This document shows positions 40,686-49,058 of a stretch of DNA of 64,000 bases, piece after piece. The notes under the pieces were generated by a model. It ran no database searches and was not told the origin of the DNA. It saw only the letters and a list, made by a program, of their open reading frames with translations. The stretch is from positions 2,257 to 66,256 of the forward strand of contig CAZAXD010000007.1 in assembly GCA_964489015.1 (NCBI GenBank), written 5' to 3'. The position numbers were made by a program, and so were the translations under genes. This DNA is from an uncultured Sphingobacterium sp. (GTDB taxonomy: Bacteria > Bacteroidota > Bacteroidia > SpSt-205). The stretch's first letter is position 1. Each line of letters opens with the position of its first letter.

Positions 40686-40693
40686 CAAAGATA
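40686..40693 (-). promoter_or_regulatory. -7 element TATCTTTG (rpsU)
   Basis: Perfect match, 6 nt spacer (CCCCCC) to ATG 40679. Confidence 0.72.
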
Positions 40694-40698
40694 CGACT

Positions 40699-41886
40699 TT
40701 AGGCCTTTTCTAGCAGCAAGCTCACACCTTGGCCCACCCCTACACAAAGCGTAGCTAAGCCATAGCGCTTGTTATACCAGTGAAGGCTACGGGTCAGGGT
40801 CCAGGCTAAGCGTGCACCCGTAGCCCCCAAAGGATGACCTATCGCAATGGCGCCGCCGTGCACATTGAGGCGGTCTGGATCCAACTCTAATAACTGGGCA
40901 CAAGCTAATACCTGCGCCGCAAAAGCTTCATTGAGCTCGATGAGGTCTATCTCGCTGAGGGCAAGGCCTAAGCGAGCCAAGAGCTTTTGGGTCGCGGGAA
41001 CGGGACCTATGCCCATATAGGAGGGATCCACGCCGGCAGTGGCTGCACCAACAAGCCGCGCTAAGGGCCCAAGACTATGAACTCTAAGCGCCCGCTCACT
41101 GGCAAGCAGCAATATCGCAGCCCCATCGTTGACCCCTGAACTGTTTCCAGCCGTAACGGTGCCCCCTGCCCGAAAGGCCGGCCTAAGCTTGGCTAGTCGC
41201 TCCAGCGTCATATCGGCGCGCGGATGCTCATCTTCTTCTAAGTAAGTGCCATCTGGCAGGGGTATCGGAAAGAGCTCATCGGCCCAAAAGCCCGCCGCCT
41301 TAGCCGCCTGGTAACGCTGCTGAGAAATCAAAGCATAAGCATCTTGCGCTTCTCGGGAGATACGATACCGCTCAGCCACGTTTTCCGCCGTCTCTCCCAT
41401 GCTATAGGGCGGATACTTTTCCGCCAGCCTAGGATTGATAAAGCGCCAGCCGATGGTGGTGTCGTAAATCTCTGCTTTTCGGGAAAAAGCGGTCTCTGCT
41501 TTGGGAAGCACGAAGGGGGCTCGGCTCATGCTTTCGACACCACCTGCTAGCACCAGGTCGGCTTCCCCTGCCGCTATCATACGCGCCCCGTAAATCACTG
41601 CTTCTAAGCCAGAGGCACAAAGCCGATTAACGGTCACGCCAGGCACGCTCTCAGGCAGTCCGGCCAATAGCACGGCCATGCGAGCTACGTTACGATTATC
41701 TTCCCCCGCTTGATTGGCACAGCCCACCACAACCTCGTCATAAGCTTCCGGGGGAATCTGCGGGTATCGACTAATAAGCGCGTGCATCAGATGAGCTATC
41801 AAATCATCTGGTCGCACGACAGCTAACTTGCCCCCGTAACGCCCAAACGGACTCCGAAGTCCCCCTATGATAAACGCCGCTGCCAT
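40699..41886 (-). CDS. Acetyl-CoA C-acyltransferase (thiolase, PcaF/PaaJ-like)
   Basis: [48 protein letters not shown]. Start ATG 41886. Confidence 0.93.
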   Translation of the reverse strand: MAAAFIIGGLRSPFGRYGGKLAVVRPDDLIAHLMHALISRYPQIPPEAYDEVVVGCANQAGEDNRNVARMAVLLAGLPESVPGVTVNRLCASGLEAVIYGARMIAAGEADLVLAGGVESMSRAPFVLPKAETAFSRKAEIYDTTIGWRFINPRLAEKYPPYSMGETAENVAERYRISREAQDAYALISQQRYQAAKAAGFWADELFPIPLPDGTYLEEDEHPRADMTLERLAKLRPAFRAGGTVTAGNSSGVNDGAAILLLASERALRVHSLGPLARLVGAATAGVDPSYMGIGPVPATQKLLARLGLALSEIDLIELNEAFAAQVLACAQLLELDPDRLNVHGGAIAIGHPLGATGARLAWTLTRSLHWYNKRYGLATLCVGVGQGVSLLLEKA

Positions 41887-41890
41887 CCAA

Positions 41891-41898
41891 CAAAGGTA
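41891..41898 (-). promoter_or_regulatory. -7 element TACCTTTG (thiolase)
   Basis: Perfect match, 4 nt spacer to ATG 41886. Confidence 0.72.
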
Positions 41899-42142
41899 TA
41901 AGAGCCCATTCACCTCGCACGATCTCACGGGCTATCTGGTATGCATCGTCCTAGACGCCCTTGCAGATGCCCTAACGGCGCCTATTCCCCATCCTAAGGG
42001 TGCCCAATACTCGTTCTCCCTACTACGCTTGACTAGGTATCGGTTGCCTTTTCTAGCCAGTACGTGGCCTAATACACTCAAAACAAAGCTGCCTAAAACT
42101 CATGGATGAGAATAAATGCGATGCGATTTTTCAAAATTTGCT

Positions 42143-42150
42143 TACCTTTG
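42143..42150 (+). promoter_or_regulatory. -7 element TACCTTTG (yceI-like)
   Basis: Perfect match, 4 nt spacer to ATG 42155. Confidence 0.72.
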
Positions 42151-42154
42151 TTCT

Positions 42155-42838
42155 ATGGCCAACTTCTTGAGTAAGCTTCTCTCTGCACTGGGCTTAACAA
42201 GGAGCAATGGGAAGGCCGATCGCAAAGCACTTGTCAAACGGCTCCCAACTCTGCCACGCCTCTCAGAGTGGATCGTAGACCCCTTTCACAGTTCTATCCA
42301 GTATCGCGTTATGCACATGGGCCTTGTGGAGGTACGGGGGCGCTTCCGAAGCTTCAATGCTTCCTTTCGCGGCACTTCACCCGACTTTTCGGACATGCAG
42401 GTCGTAGTAGAAGTGGATGTGGCTTCTTTGGAGACCGACATGAGCGCTCGTGATGCGCATTTGCGCTCGGCAGACTTTTTCGACGCAGAAAAGTATCCAA
42501 AAGCTACCTTTCGCAGCACCAAGGTCGAATGGCGGCCCCTGCGTAGCTTCCGTCTGTATGGCGATCTCACGCTAAAGGGCAAAACGCACCCCATCTACCT
42601 TGACGGCAAGTTAGAATCCTTTGTACTCAAAGACATGGTGGGCCATCCTCGGGTCAGTTTCACAGCCACCGCTACCATCGACAGGCGGGCCTGGGGGCTT
42701 ACCTGGCAGATAGAGCTCGAAGGCGGCGAGCTCGTAGCGGACAACCTTGTCACGATTGAGGCTTCTGTAGAGCTTATGACCCCAGCTGGCTTCGAGGCTC
42801 TCAAGCAGCTCATGGCCTCCATGGGCATAACCGTCTAG
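42155..42838 (+). CDS. YceI-family lipid/isoprenoid-binding protein
   Basis: VDPFHSSIQYRVMH, VRGRF, RDAHLRSADFFDAEKYP, GDLTLKGKT, IDRRAWGL. Start ATG 42155. Confidence 0.92.
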   Translation: MANFLSKLLSALGLTRSNGKADRKALVKRLPTLPRLSEWIVDPFHSSIQYRVMHMGLVEVRGRFRSFNASFRGTSPDFSDMQVVVEVDVASLETDMSARDAHLRSADFFDAEKYPKATFRSTKVEWRPLRSFRLYGDLTLKGKTHPIYLDGKLESFVLKDMVGHPRVSFTATATIDRRAWGLTWQIELEGGELVADNLVTIEASVELMTPAGFEALKQLMASMGITV

Positions 42839-42840
42839 CT

Positions 42841-44409
42841 ATGGGTCTTCTTCAAAAGCTAACGGCGGGGCTTAGCGTCCCGTTTCCGGGTGTACGCTGG
42901 AATCCCGAGACGGGTAAAGTGCTTAGCACTACAGAGGCTTTCCGGACTCTGGATGCAGACCTTCAAGAAAAAGCTTTAGCCCTGCCCGCTTGGGACTTCC
43001 TGATAGAGAACGGACAGGTCTTTAGCAAGCACATTATAGAGCGCTCCGAAAGTGAAGAAACCTTTTTTCTTTTGCCTGCTGAGGGATATTATGAGACTAT
43101 TCAAAAAGTAAAAGAACTCGAAAAGGAAAATGCCTTCTTGAGGGATCAGCTCCATGCGTTTGTTCAGCAGATTCCTGTGCCCCTCTTTGTCATAGAGGAA
43201 GGGCGGCAAACGCATCGTATTACTTATGCTAATCAACTCCTACTAGAGCTAGCCGGCATACCCCTTGCCCAGCTTTACAAGGGCCTGACCTTAGAGGATG
43301 TCTTTCCTGACCATCCCGAGGCGGTCGAGGCTCTGCTCCAAAAAGCCCAGCAAAGTCGTAAGCCTGTTCAAGCCGTTTTAGAAGGTCACCGAAAAAGCGG
43401 CCAGTTGTATGCTTACCTAGTCCGAGCCTTCTCCTTCGAAACGCCCTCGCTTAAGGGCATCTTTTTCGCCATTATTGATATCAGCAAAGAAAAAGAGCAG
43501 GAGATTCAGCTCGAGCAGCAAAATCAAGAGCTCTTAGTGCTTACCGAGGAACTGCGTCAAAATCAAGAGGAACTTCAGATGTCCTTGCAAGAGCTGTCGG
43601 CTGCTCGGGCCGTTGCGGAAACCCGTCAAAAAGAGCTCGAAGACAGCCTAGAAGCCGCCAAGCGCTACCAGCGTAACCTGCTCCTGCGTCCAAAGAATAT
43701 TATAGACAACTGGGGACGGGATCGTGTCGCTATGGTTTCAAAAGTTCACTCTTACGTGGGAGGAGACTTCCTTCTAGGACTATGTCATCAAGACTTTTTT
43801 TACGTTGCCGTTGGGGATGCGACTGGTCATGGTCCCTCTGGTGCGCTCTTAGCGTTAACCGTCCAGAACGAACTCCGCTATCGCTTAACCAGGCTGCAGC
43901 ACCCTCGCCAGCTCCATACCCTATTAGAGGGGACTAGAGAAGTCCTCTTTGAGCTTTTTGACGTGAAGCCAGACGTGACGCTATCCAACGAAGGCGCAGA
44001 GGTCGGGATAATAGCCTTACCCTTAGCCCGAGAAAGGGCCTTCTACTACGCTGGTGCCGGCAGAACGCTATACAACCTGAAACCAGACGGCGACCTGGAG
44101 GAGATTGCGGGTACGCGTCATGGTATTGGCTGGAATGTACCCGGCACGCCCCCTGAAAGCTATCAAACCTTAGAACTGTCTTACTCATCAGGTTCTACGC
44201 TGTTTCTTTTCACCGACGGGGTTTCGGACCAGCATAATCTATCGGGTAAAAAAATAGGCCGTAAGCGACTTAGGCAGTGGATCCAGGATAGCGCCCAAGC
44301 CGGACCAACGCCGGTCGACAAAACCCGCTATATCATGAAGCAGTGGCTAAGTTTTAGCGGGGGGGCACCTCAGACGGATGACGTGCTACTGCTTGCTATC
44401 GAACTTTAG
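42841..44409 (+). CDS. PAS + coiled-coil + SpoIIE/RsbU-type PP2C phosphatase
   Basis: PAS-like ITYANQ segment, Gln/Glu coiled coil, VGGDF, GDATGHG, FTDG, DDVLLL. Confidence 0.88.
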   Translation: MGLLQKLTAGLSVPFPGVRWNPETGKVLSTTEAFRTLDADLQEKALALPAWDFLIENGQVFSKHIIERSESEETFFLLPAEGYYETIQKVKELEKENAFLRDQLHAFVQQIPVPLFVIEEGRQTHRITYANQLLLELAGIPLAQLYKGLTLEDVFPDHPEAVEALLQKAQQSRKPVQAVLEGHRKSGQLYAYLVRAFSFETPSLKGIFFAIIDISKEKEQEIQLEQQNQELLVLTEELRQNQEELQMSLQELSAARAVAETRQKELEDSLEAAKRYQRNLLLRPKNIIDNWGRDRVAMVSKVHSYVGGDFLLGLCHQDFFYVAVGDATGHGPSGALLALTVQNELRYRLTRLQHPRQLHTLLEGTREVLFELFDVKPDVTLSNEGAEVGIIALPLARERAFYYAGAGRTLYNLKPDGDLEEIAGTRHGIGWNVPGTPPESYQTLELSYSSGSTLFLFTDGVSDQHNLSGKKIGRKRLRQWIQDSAQAGPTPVDKTRYIMKQWLSFSGGAPQTDDVLLLAIEL

Positions 44410-44431
44410 GCATTTCATGCCCCAAAACCTG

Positions 44432-44439
44432 TATATTTG
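44432..44439 (+). promoter_or_regulatory. -7 element TATATTTG (porin-family gene)
   Basis: Perfect match, 6 nt spacer to ATG 44446. Confidence 0.7.
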
Positions 44440-44445
44440 GGGTCG

Positions 44446-45093
44446 ATGGTTTCTCGCCTGTTTTTAGTTGTCAGCTTGGCATGGGCTCAAAGTAAGGACC
44501 CCTGGTTTGGACTGCGAGCTGGGCTAAATTGGGGGCAATACGTCACCAAGGATCGTCAAGACATTCGATCCCTAGCCTATTGGGGCGGCGGCTTTAGCGG
44601 TGCTTTGGGGGTTCACCAGGCCATCGACCAGAAGGGGTTCTGGGCCCTACAAGGAGAATTAGGTCTGACTCAGCGGCGCGGCACCGATAGGAATCTGCTT
44701 AGCGATTATCGCTTCAATCTTTGGAGCTTAGACCTCACAGCCCTTGGCGTATGGCGCTGGATGCGCAAGTTTGAAGGGCTATTTATACAAACCGGCCCTA
44801 TGTCCAGTGTGCTCCTCTATGGCAAATATTGGGAGCGCGACAACCTCTCATCAGAGATAGAAACGCGCAAGGTTGCTTTTGGACGAGGGGACACGCGCGA
44901 TATTCGCCGCGGCGAAATTAGCTGGGTTATCGGCATGGGTACGGGGTACTTAGTAGGACCTGGTTATCTCACCTTTGATTTGCGCTTCTGGCATGGTCTG
45001 AACAATCTTAGTAGTGGTGCCTTCAAGAGATGGAAGTCTTACGGCGTGCTCATGAACCTCATTTACTGGTACGACGATAGCCTCCGTGAGTAG
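44446..45093 (+). CDS. Outer-membrane beta-barrel protein (porin/PorT-like family)
   Basis: Signal MVSRLFLVVSLAWA-Q; FGLRAGLN, ELGLTQRRG, DLRFWHGLNN alternating strands. Confidence 0.72.
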   Translation: MVSRLFLVVSLAWAQSKDPWFGLRAGLNWGQYVTKDRQDIRSLAYWGGGFSGALGVHQAIDQKGFWALQGELGLTQRRGTDRNLLSDYRFNLWSLDLTALGVWRWMRKFEGLFIQTGPMSSVLLYGKYWERDNLSSEIETRKVAFGRGDTRDIRRGEISWVIGMGTGYLVGPGYLTFDLRFWHGLNNLSSGAFKRWKSYGVLMNLIYWYDDSLRE

Positions 45094-45511
45094 CCCTTTA
45101 GACAAAGACGATAGAGAGCTTTCCCTCTCAGCATGGCAGGCTCGCGTGGAGGAGTGGATTCAAACCGTGGGTCAAGGGTATTTTTCTGTTTTGACCAATA
45201 CTGCCCTTCTCATGGAAGAAGTGGGAGAGCTAGCCCGGCTGCTGGCTAGGCACTATGGCGATCAGACCTTTAAGTCCAGTGAAAATACCGACCCCACTGC
45301 AATCGGAGAAGAGTTAGCCGATATCCTTTTCGTGCTCCTTTGCCTCGCTAATCAGACGCAGACGAACCTCGCCGAGGCGTTTGCGCAGAAGCTCGCCTTC
45401 AAAACCCAACGAGATGCAGCGCGCCACGCTACTCGGCTTACTAGCCAACGCGCCCCTTCCACAATAGCGCGAGTCCCACCATCAGACCCGTCGGCCACAA
45501 GTAACGATTAA
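45086..45511 (+). CDS. MazG-like nucleotide pyrophosphohydrolase
   Basis: LTNTALLMEEVGELAR, EELADILFVLLCLAN. Confidence 0.88.
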   Translation: MSSPLDKDDRELSLSAWQARVEEWIQTVGQGYFSVLTNTALLMEEVGELARLLARHYGDQTFKSSENTDPTAIGEELADILFVLLCLANQTQTNLAEAFAQKLAFKTQRDAARHATRLTSQRAPSTIARVPPSDPSATSND

Positions 45512-46109
45512 CTTGATGGGTAGTCTGAGCGTATAGAAACACCTCTCGCCGAAGCGTCTGACTAAGCCTCAATTCTACAAGCAGGGCCACATTCCAGATT
45601 TGACCGGGCATGACCCGACGCACATCCGCTAAAGAGACCCGATTCCATTCCTGGATCGGTTGGCCGCCTGATGCCTCATACTGCAGCATGAGCGTCTGCC
45701 CAAAGGGAATGAGCATTTGCGGTCCTAATCCCAACGCAAAGGCTCCCTCGTCGTCAAAAGTCATTCGCCATAAGACCTGCATGTTTATGAAGTGGGTATA
45801 GGTGTGGGCCTGAGCTATCCCCGTGAGCGGTCGGCCCATTAGCGGTGAAATGTAGATACTACTATCCAAGACCAGCCGCGAGTGCCCCATGAAATAGCCG
45901 ACCGACGTGGCTAACCCATGGCGAAGCTTGGAGCGGGGACTATGAAATAGCTCGATATGGCCTTGTGCCCCCGCTTCTACCCCTAGCCGCACCAAAAATT
46001 GGGCATACTCAGTCCGATATTGATACAAAGTCCCCCCCCCACGTATACCAAAGGCGCTTGATTGGGCCCATAAATACCCGATCAGCAGAAAAAATGATAG
46101 CCGTGCCAT
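45441..46109 (-). CDS. Probable outer-membrane beta-barrel protein
   Basis: Signal MARLSFFLLIGYLWA-Q; FGIRGG first strand; alternating hydrophobic strands. Start ATG 46109. Confidence 0.62.
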   Translation of the reverse strand: MARLSFFLLIGYLWAQSSAFGIRGGGTLYQYRTEYAQFLVRLGVEAGAQGHIELFHSPRSKLRHGLATSVGYFMGHSRLVLDSSIYISPLMGRPLTGIAQAHTYTHFINMQVLWRMTFDDEGAFALGLGPQMLIPFGQTLMLQYEASGGQPIQEWNRVSLADVRRVMPGQIWNVALLVELRLSQTLRREVFLYAQTTHQVNRYLWPTGLMVGLALLWKGRVG

Positions 46110-46112
46110 CTT

Positions 46113-46120
46113 CAAAGATA
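46113..46120 (-). promoter_or_regulatory. -7 element TATCTTTG (beta-barrel gene)
   Basis: Perfect match, 3 nt spacer to ATG 46109. Confidence 0.68.
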
Positions 46121-46305
46121 ATTCTTTCGTATTGCATAACAGGCACTCCACTACCAAGAGGGGGGGCCTCTCAAAAGGCCCAAAAATTTATCAGAAGTAG
46201 CCCATCCGGAAAGGTCGCGTAAGTCTTTACCACACTCGAGAAGTGATCGCCAGTGGCCAAGGGCATCAAAAATCTATGCGAAAATCCAGCGGCCTATTCA
46301 CCTGC

Positions 46306-46626
46306 TTACTCATCCAGTCCTAAGTAAAGACTAAGCTTAGACCGAAAGTCGCGCAAGAGCTGAAGGTCGCGCTGATCGGCTGCTAGACGCTCACCCTCCC
46401 GAAAGACACTGATAGCCTCAGCCGTTCGACCCTGGGCTTCTAGAATGAGACCAAGTTGGTAGTATGTGGGGTAATACCGAGGAGCCCGTCTCAATGCTTC
46501 TTGAAAGGCCCATTCCGCCTCGGGATAGCGTCCTTGACCAGCTAGATAGACCCCCAAAGCATGCGGCCAGAATGGATCTGTCGGCGCTGCTGCAGCCTGT
46601 TCCCGAAGGTATACCTCTCGGTCCAT
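46306..46626 (-). CDS. Small TPR protein
   Basis: PTDPFWPHALG, YYPTYYQLGLILE, EAISVFREG. Confidence 0.8.
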   Translation of the reverse strand: MDREVYLREQAAAAPTDPFWPHALGVYLAGQGRYPEAEWAFQEALRRAPRYYPTYYQLGLILEAQGRTAEAISVFREGERLAADQRDLQLLRDFRSKLSLYLGLDE

Positions 46627-46630
46627 GAAT

Positions 46631-46638
46631 CAAAAATA
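46631..46638 (-). promoter_or_regulatory. -7 element TATTTTTG (small TPR gene)
   Basis: Perfect match, 4 nt spacer to ATG 46626. Confidence 0.7.
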
Positions 46639-46691
46639 CGAGTCCCACCTCATGCAACCAGCGCCTAGTCTGACGTCGTATATATAGCGTT

Positions 46692-47156
46692 ATGCGTACC
46701 GAGCTAATCAAAATTCTGGTTCTGGGCTGGAGCCTCGGGCTCGCCCTCGCACAAGATGGAACGACCGCTATCGGTGTCATCGCCTCCAAAGACGGCCTCC
46801 GAGCCGCTACCATCCGCACCGTCCTCGGCGGCAACCCCTACCTCCACCTAAATACCACCCTCGGCAAGCAAAACACCGCTTGGACCGCCGGCCTCTCCCT
46901 CACTCAGTTCCTCTCTTTCTCGCCTTGCCGAGGTGCCTGCCGCCGAACCGCCCCCATCGCCCCTTACCTCGACTTCGGCGTGCGTATGAACTACATGCCT
47001 GAGGGTTCCACGACTACCCCCATCGGCCACGCCGGCGCTGGTGTGCTCCTGCCCCTCGGCTTTGTCGAGGTCTTCGCCCAAGCTAACCTCTACACCCCCA
47101 TCACCAATCCCCAACCCAAGCTCGACCTCGCCGGCGGTGTCCGCATCCGATTCTAA
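46692..47156 (+). CDS. Small outer-membrane beta-barrel protein with extreme C-ending codon bias
   Basis: Signal ending LALA-Q; terminal GGVRIRF (Bam-type C-terminal Phe); about 96 of 154 codons end in C by hand count. Confidence 0.75.
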   Translation: MRTELIKILVLGWSLGLALAQDGTTAIGVIASKDGLRAATIRTVLGGNPYLHLNTTLGKQNTAWTAGLSLTQFLSFSPCRGACRRTAPIAPYLDFGVRMNYMPEGSTTTPIGHAGAGVLLPLGFVEVFAQANLYTPITNPQPKLDLAGGVRIRF

Positions 47157-47200
47157 CACCAAGCTCTGCCATATCCTGGTCCTCGTCACTAACCGCTCTT

Positions 47201-47232
47201 TGGCCGCCTCCTCGGAGGCGGCCATCTTCTTT
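47201..47232 (+). terminator. Intrinsic terminator after small OMP gene
   Basis: TGGCCGCCTC-CTCG-GAGGCGGCCA (10-bp stem) followed by TCTTCTTT. Confidence 0.8.
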
Positions 47233-47275
47233 AGCGAACGAGGCATGGGGCTTTTTTTTCGTTTATTTGTGTACG

Positions 47276-48031
47276 ATGAAGATCCTCTGCTGCATCAGTC
47301 ACGTCCCTGACACCACTACCCGCATTCGCTTCTCGAGCGACGGAAAAAGTCTGGACCGGAATGGCGTTACGTTTATCGTAAACCCCTATGATGATTTCGC
47401 CTTAGCTCGCGCCGCAGAAATCAAGGAAAAAAGCCCTGGCACGCATGTGGCTGTCCTTTGCGTAGGCAAAAACGGTAGTAGCTCTACGGACAATGTAGAC
47501 GCTACCCTGCGGAAAGCTCTCGCTTTAGGCTTTGATGAGGCCATCCGTATCGATGCTGAAGCGACCGATGCCTACTTCGTGGCAGTCCAAATCGCCTCTT
47601 ATGCTAAGGACAAAAGCTTTGACCTTCTTCTTTTTGGCAAAGAGTCTATCGATTACAATGGCTCCCAAGTGCCAGGCATGGTTGCCGCCTTGTTAGATTA
47701 TCCCTTTGTCTCCTACGCTACCAGCCTTGAGGTTCAAGACGGTAAAGCTGTACTGACCCGTGAGATTGATGGGGGCAAAGAACAGCTAGAAAGTTCTTTG
47801 CCGCTCGTCCTCAGCGCCCAAAAAGGGCTTGCAGAATGGCGAATCCCGAATGTCCGCGGCATCATGCAGGCCAAAACTAAGCCCCTTCATGTCCTGCCCC
47901 CTACCACGGATGCACCCCGGGTTAAGACCCTTTATCATGAGCTCCCCCCCGAAAAAGGGCCTTTCAAGAAGTTTGATTTAGACCACATAGATGACCTGGT
48001 ACAAGAACTCGCAAACAAAGGGTTGATATAG
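47276..48031 (+). CDS. etfB: Electron transfer flavoprotein beta subunit
   Basis: MKILCCISHVPD, NPYDDFAL, GKESIDYNGSQV, REIDGG. Start ATG 47276. Confidence 0.95.
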   Translation: MKILCCISHVPDTTTRIRFSSDGKSLDRNGVTFIVNPYDDFALARAAEIKEKSPGTHVAVLCVGKNGSSSTDNVDATLRKALALGFDEAIRIDAEATDAYFVAVQIASYAKDKSFDLLLFGKESIDYNGSQVPGMVAALLDYPFVSYATSLEVQDGKAVLTREIDGGKEQLESSLPLVLSAQKGLAEWRIPNVRGIMQAKTKPLHVLPPTTDAPRVKTLYHELPPEKGPFKKFDLDHIDDLVQELANKGLI

Positions 48032-48034
48032 ACT

Positions 48035-49030
48035 ATGGCGACGATTGGCGTTTGGGCGGAATGGACAGATAACCGCTTCAAAAAACCTACGTTGGAGGCC
48101 CTTACCATAGCCCGTCTCTGGGCTGATAAAGAAGGGCATCAGGTTTGGGCTATCTTGCTCACTAAGGAAAAACCGCAAGAGCAGGCCCTCCAGATTTTGG
48201 CCGACTATGGCGCGGAGAAGGTATGGGTGATTTCTCATCCTGACCTGGAAAGCTTCATAGCTGCCGCTTATGCTCGGACCTTAGCTAATTTTACTAAGAA
48301 GCAGGGCGTGCCTTACATCGTTATACCACAGACCTACAATGGCAAAGCAGTGGCGCCTTTATTGGCCATTTGGGCAGATGCGGCCCTGCTCTCTGGCATC
48401 ACCAATCCCCTGGAGAAGGAAGGGAACGGCTACAAAGCGCGCCGAATCGCTTACTCCAACAAAGCCATAGAGTGGGTTTACACAGAGTATCCGCGGGTCA
48501 TTGCTACCATCCGTCCTAACTCTGCTGTTCCCGCTAAAGCCCCCCGGCCGTTAACCGTCGAAGTTATAGCTGAAAGTCCGCTGGCTCAGGACCTTAGAGC
48601 AAAGCCCATCAAGGTCGAAAAAGTAGCTACGGACAGGATCCCACTCACAGAAGCGGAGATCGTCGTATCGGCTGGGCGCGGCCTTAAGGGGCCAGAAAAC
48701 TGGGGTATCATCGAAGAACTAGCCAAAGAGCTTCAGGCTGCTACAGCCTGCTCTAAGCCAGTAGCGGACGTGGGCTGGCGCCCGCATCATGAGCACGTAG
48801 GCCAGACGGGTATACAGATTTCGCCGAATCTGTACATTGCTATCGGGATATCGGGTGCCATCCAGCACTTAGCCGGCGTCGCTAGCTCCAAGAATATCGT
48901 CGTAATCAACAGTGACCCCGAGGCGCCCTTCTTCAAGGCCGCAGATTATGGGATCGTGGGAGATGCTTTCGAAGTCGTCCCTCGCTTAACCGAAGCCATC
49001 CGCCGCTATAAGGCCCAGCACGCCCACTAA
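48035..49030 (+). CDS. etfA: Electron transfer flavoprotein alpha subunit
   Basis: AEIVVSAGRG, QTGIQISPNLYIAIGISGAIQHLAG, INSDPEAPFF, DYGIVGD. Confidence 0.96.
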   Translation: MATIGVWAEWTDNRFKKPTLEALTIARLWADKEGHQVWAILLTKEKPQEQALQILADYGAEKVWVISHPDLESFIAAAYARTLANFTKKQGVPYIVIPQTYNGKAVAPLLAIWADAALLSGITNPLEKEGNGYKARRIAYSNKAIEWVYTEYPRVIATIRPNSAVPAKAPRPLTVEVIAESPLAQDLRAKPIKVEKVATDRIPLTEAEIVVSAGRGLKGPENWGIIEELAKELQAATACSKPVADVGWRPHHEHVGQTGIQISPNLYIAIGISGAIQHLAGVASSKNIVVINSDPEAPFFKAADYGIVGDAFEVVPRLTEAIRRYKAQHAH

Positions 49031-49058
49031 GCCGATTTTATACACTGCTGCCGACGAT

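Noticed and set aside
46800-47150. C-rich low-complexity region as a tandem repeat
   Set aside because: There is no repeat unit; the skew comes from third-codon-position C in a coherent ORF.
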